DNA of 64,000 bases from positions 17,511-81,510 of the forward strand of contig JAUCBJ010006812.1 in NCBI GenBank assembly GCA_032718475.1, written 5' to 3'. Positions 61,470 through 64,000 of the stretch are shown here, in pieces. The notes beneath the pieces are model-generated. The model worked only from the letters and a program-made list of their open reading frames with translations, was not told the DNA's origin and did no database searches. Source of the DNA: Nemertoderma westbladi (Eukaryota; Animalia; Xenacoelomorpha). The position numbers and the translations under genes are program-made. Each line of letters opens with the position of its first letter. The first letter of the stretch is position 1.

Positions 61470-62042
61470 ATTGTTTATTGTTTTGGTTAGAAAAGCCCGG
61501 CTCTGTAACCTGGTCCTTTCCTTATTTGTTAACAAAGATTGTTTTGGTTAGAAAAGCGTGTAACCTGCTCCTTTCCCTCTATTATAAACTAGCCTCTGTA
61601 ACCCTTCTCTTTCTCTCAATTGGTAACAGCATTGTTTATTGTTTTGGTTAGAAAACCCTACTCATGTAAGCTGTTCCTTTCCCTTAATTCGGAACAACAT
61701 TGTTTTTTGTCTTCGTTAGAAAAAACGCATCTCTTGGAGCCATCCACACGAACTTGTAACTGTAACCCGTTCCTTTACTAACATACATAATCCAAATCTT
61801 GTAAAATGTGTTTAACTTTTCCCCACTTTCCCACATTTCGATTTTCCACGCCACATTCCCATCTTCCGACCAACCAACCGACCGTTCTGATCTAAACCCA
61901 TCCACCCATCTCCCCGAGACAGGTGGGAAAGTGGACGCAAATTCCATCCCGGCGATTTAATATCTCGTCTCAATGTTAAATTTCCCATTTAGGGAAAGGA
62001 GCAGGTTACAGTGGCACGTTATTCTATCCAAAACAATAAACA
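61470..62042. repeat. Dispersed repeat family (ttttggttagaaaa..ctgtaacctgctcctttccct): tandem and inverted copies
   Basis: Four to five direct copies at 61470-61780 and an inverted copy at 61989-62042; another copy at ~26766-26817. Confidence 0.65.
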
Positions 62043-62125
62043 ATAGAACAGGTCAATAGAACAGGATAGTTTTATTTTTGAGAGTAGGGTAATCAGCTTT
62101 TATTTGTATCGATTTTCCCCTGGAG

Positions 62126-62629
62126 AGGAATGAATTTTCTTTGAGTCAAAATTCCCCACTTTATGTTCTCCCCACCAACCCATCTACAGACCCCCCCCCC
62201 CCCCCCCCCCCCCCCCTCCCTCCCCCACACACACACACGCCAAACGTTGACTCACTTTGCCTTTCCTGGGCACTCCAAGAATTCAAGAATTAGTCGAACT
62301 ACGCGTGTTCATCTATTGATTATTTATATTTTTTAGAAGGTCGCACAACTAAATAATGATTTTGGGAGTACTTCGTCTTATTGTTAGCCATTCCTTGTAC
62401 GTATAATTATCTTACCTAATATCCAAATTATTACTCTGCGTTGTGGATGCTTTCTTCTAGAAGGGCATCTGTTTTATTTGCATACCAGCGGATTGATCCA
62501 TATAATATTATGGGTTACACCTTGGATTTCAATAAATGAAATGTTGCAGCAAAATTAATTATGTTTGCCAACATTGCATCCTGCCAAGACCAATATTGCT
62601 GTCTTAAGAAGTGCTTACCTGGAGGAATG
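62126..62629. promoter_or_regulatory. Three M-CAT (CATTCCT, TEAD-type) heptamers upstream of troponin I
   Basis: aggaatg 62126-62132, cattcct 62389-62395, aggaatg 62623-62629. Confidence 0.35.
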
Positions 62630-62950
62630 GCTATTGTATATTAGCCATGATGTAGAGAACCAATTGCAGCTCCATTCATGAGAAACCAATTACAAGGCTA
62701 GCAAGCACAGCAGTCCAGACCCAACTCAAGCAAGCCAACCCGAAGCAGTGTCTGGCTGTTTCCTGCCCCATCTCCCTAATATAAGTTACCTGGTGTGGTA
62801 TATATTCCTTTACCACTTCCCACTCAGTTATGTGTATTTGATTGGGTCTAGCTTGGAATTACGAGAAGTAATATCTGTAGTGTTAGTTTTGAGGATATTG
62901 AAATTATTTCAGGATTTGTATTGCTAGTACGGTATTTGCTATAATTAATC

Positions 62951-63580
62951 ATGGGGGAAACGAATGTTGAGAAACCAAAACGGGACTTCACCCACCTCCT
63001 CTCTGGAGGCGGTCGCAAGCAGGCGATCCGGAATTTGTTGATGAGAAAAGCACAGGAGGAGCTCGAATTAGAGAAGCAGAGGCAGGCGCATGAGAAGCAG
63101 ACGTTTATTGATCAATACATAGATAGATACGTCGACATGGAAGATGTTGACGGTATGGGTAAAGCTGAAGTTGTCGAATTGGTACAACAAATGAACGACA
63201 TCTACAGAAAGTTGGAGGGAGATAGATGGGAGCTGGAAAGAACTGTAAAGAACAACCTCCTCCAAATAGAAGACCTTAAAGGGAAAGCCACGGAAGGTAG
63301 AGGGAAGTTTATGAAGCCGCCTCTTAAGAAAGTGGTTACCAAGAAGGAGAACAGAGCAAAGGCGTTAGAGAGAGCGAGGAAGAGGGAACAGATGTTACAG
63401 AATGTTTCATTGACACTGAAAGTTACAGAAAAGAAGAAGTCTGTAGAAGAGCCCAAAGAAGAAAAGCCTGATTGGCAACAGCAGTCGTTAAAGAAGAAGG
63501 ACGATAAAGAGGTGATTAAAGATAAAGGAGAAGAAGATGTTGTAGAAGAGGAGGAAGAAGAGGAGGAGGATGAAGAGTAG
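62951..63580 (+). CDS. TNNI: Troponin I (209 aa, intronless CDS, acidic C-terminal tail)
   Basis: RKQAIRNLLMRKAQEELELEKQR (TnC-binding helix), KLEGDRWELE..IEDLK (coiled coil), RGKFMKPPLKKV (inhibitory peptide), LKVTEKK..KPDW; candidate 5'UTR acceptor ttatttcag at ~62912. Confidence 0.9.
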   Translation: MGETNVEKPKRDFTHLLSGGGRKQAIRNLLMRKAQEELELEKQRQAHEKQTFIDQYIDRYVDMEDVDGMGKAEVVELVQQMNDIYRKLEGDRWELERTVKNNLLQIEDLKGKATEGRGKFMKPPLKKVVTKKENRAKALERARKREQMLQNVSLTLKVTEKKKSVEEPKEEKPDWQQQSLKKKDDKEVIKDKGEEDVVEEEEEEEEDEE

Positions 63581-64000
63581 ACTAATGGGGAAGTGGTTAA
63601 CATTAAACCGAACATGTGTGCGAGCCAATACCGGTCTCCTTCTATTAGCTATATAGTCATTGATTGTAGTTTAGTTTATCTTTACGCGTTTATTAACTTC
63701 ATGCAATAATATCACGTTACGTTATTGATGACCTATATTATAAATATCTTAGTTATACTATCTAAACTTTTATTTCATTATTTATTGACAAATTCGACTA
63801 AAATTATTTATTGAGTTATTAAATGAGTTATTTGACACTAAAAGAAAGTTTATAGTATAACCAGACTCAATCATATTGGCATTGGGGTGTTTAGACCATT
63901 AGCAGACCTGGGGGGGGGGGGGGGGTGGGGGGGAAGGGGTGTGGATTCCCCCCCCCCCCCCCCCCCCACTGTATTTTAGAAATCGCCCACGAATTCCTAC

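Overview
AT-rich animal (bilaterian) genomic DNA with GT-AG introns and very many tandem repeats and non-autonomous transposons. Five genes were assembled by eye with phase-consistent splice sites: (1) a 2-exon, ~1508-aa repeat-rich orphan on the minus strand, with a PDE10/11-like N-terminal helix motif and a C-terminal Myb/SANT-like domain; (2) intronless FTSJ3/Spb1; (3) KXD1 with a long (GTSHSPD)n tail; (4) aspartyl aminopeptidase DNPEP; (5) troponin I with an intronless CDS. Most striking observations: DNPEP has two intact but diverged 3-exon C-terminal cassettes that differ in substrate-pocket loops; the DNPEP exon-3 splice donor is tandemly amplified ~133 times; two inverted tRNA-head + minimal hammerhead-ribozyme units lie at the window start; and an 8.9-kb foldback element has an 8-bp TSD, 147/167-bp satellite arms and nested insertions. 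All calls are from manual reading and recalled family motifs; no database searches were run.
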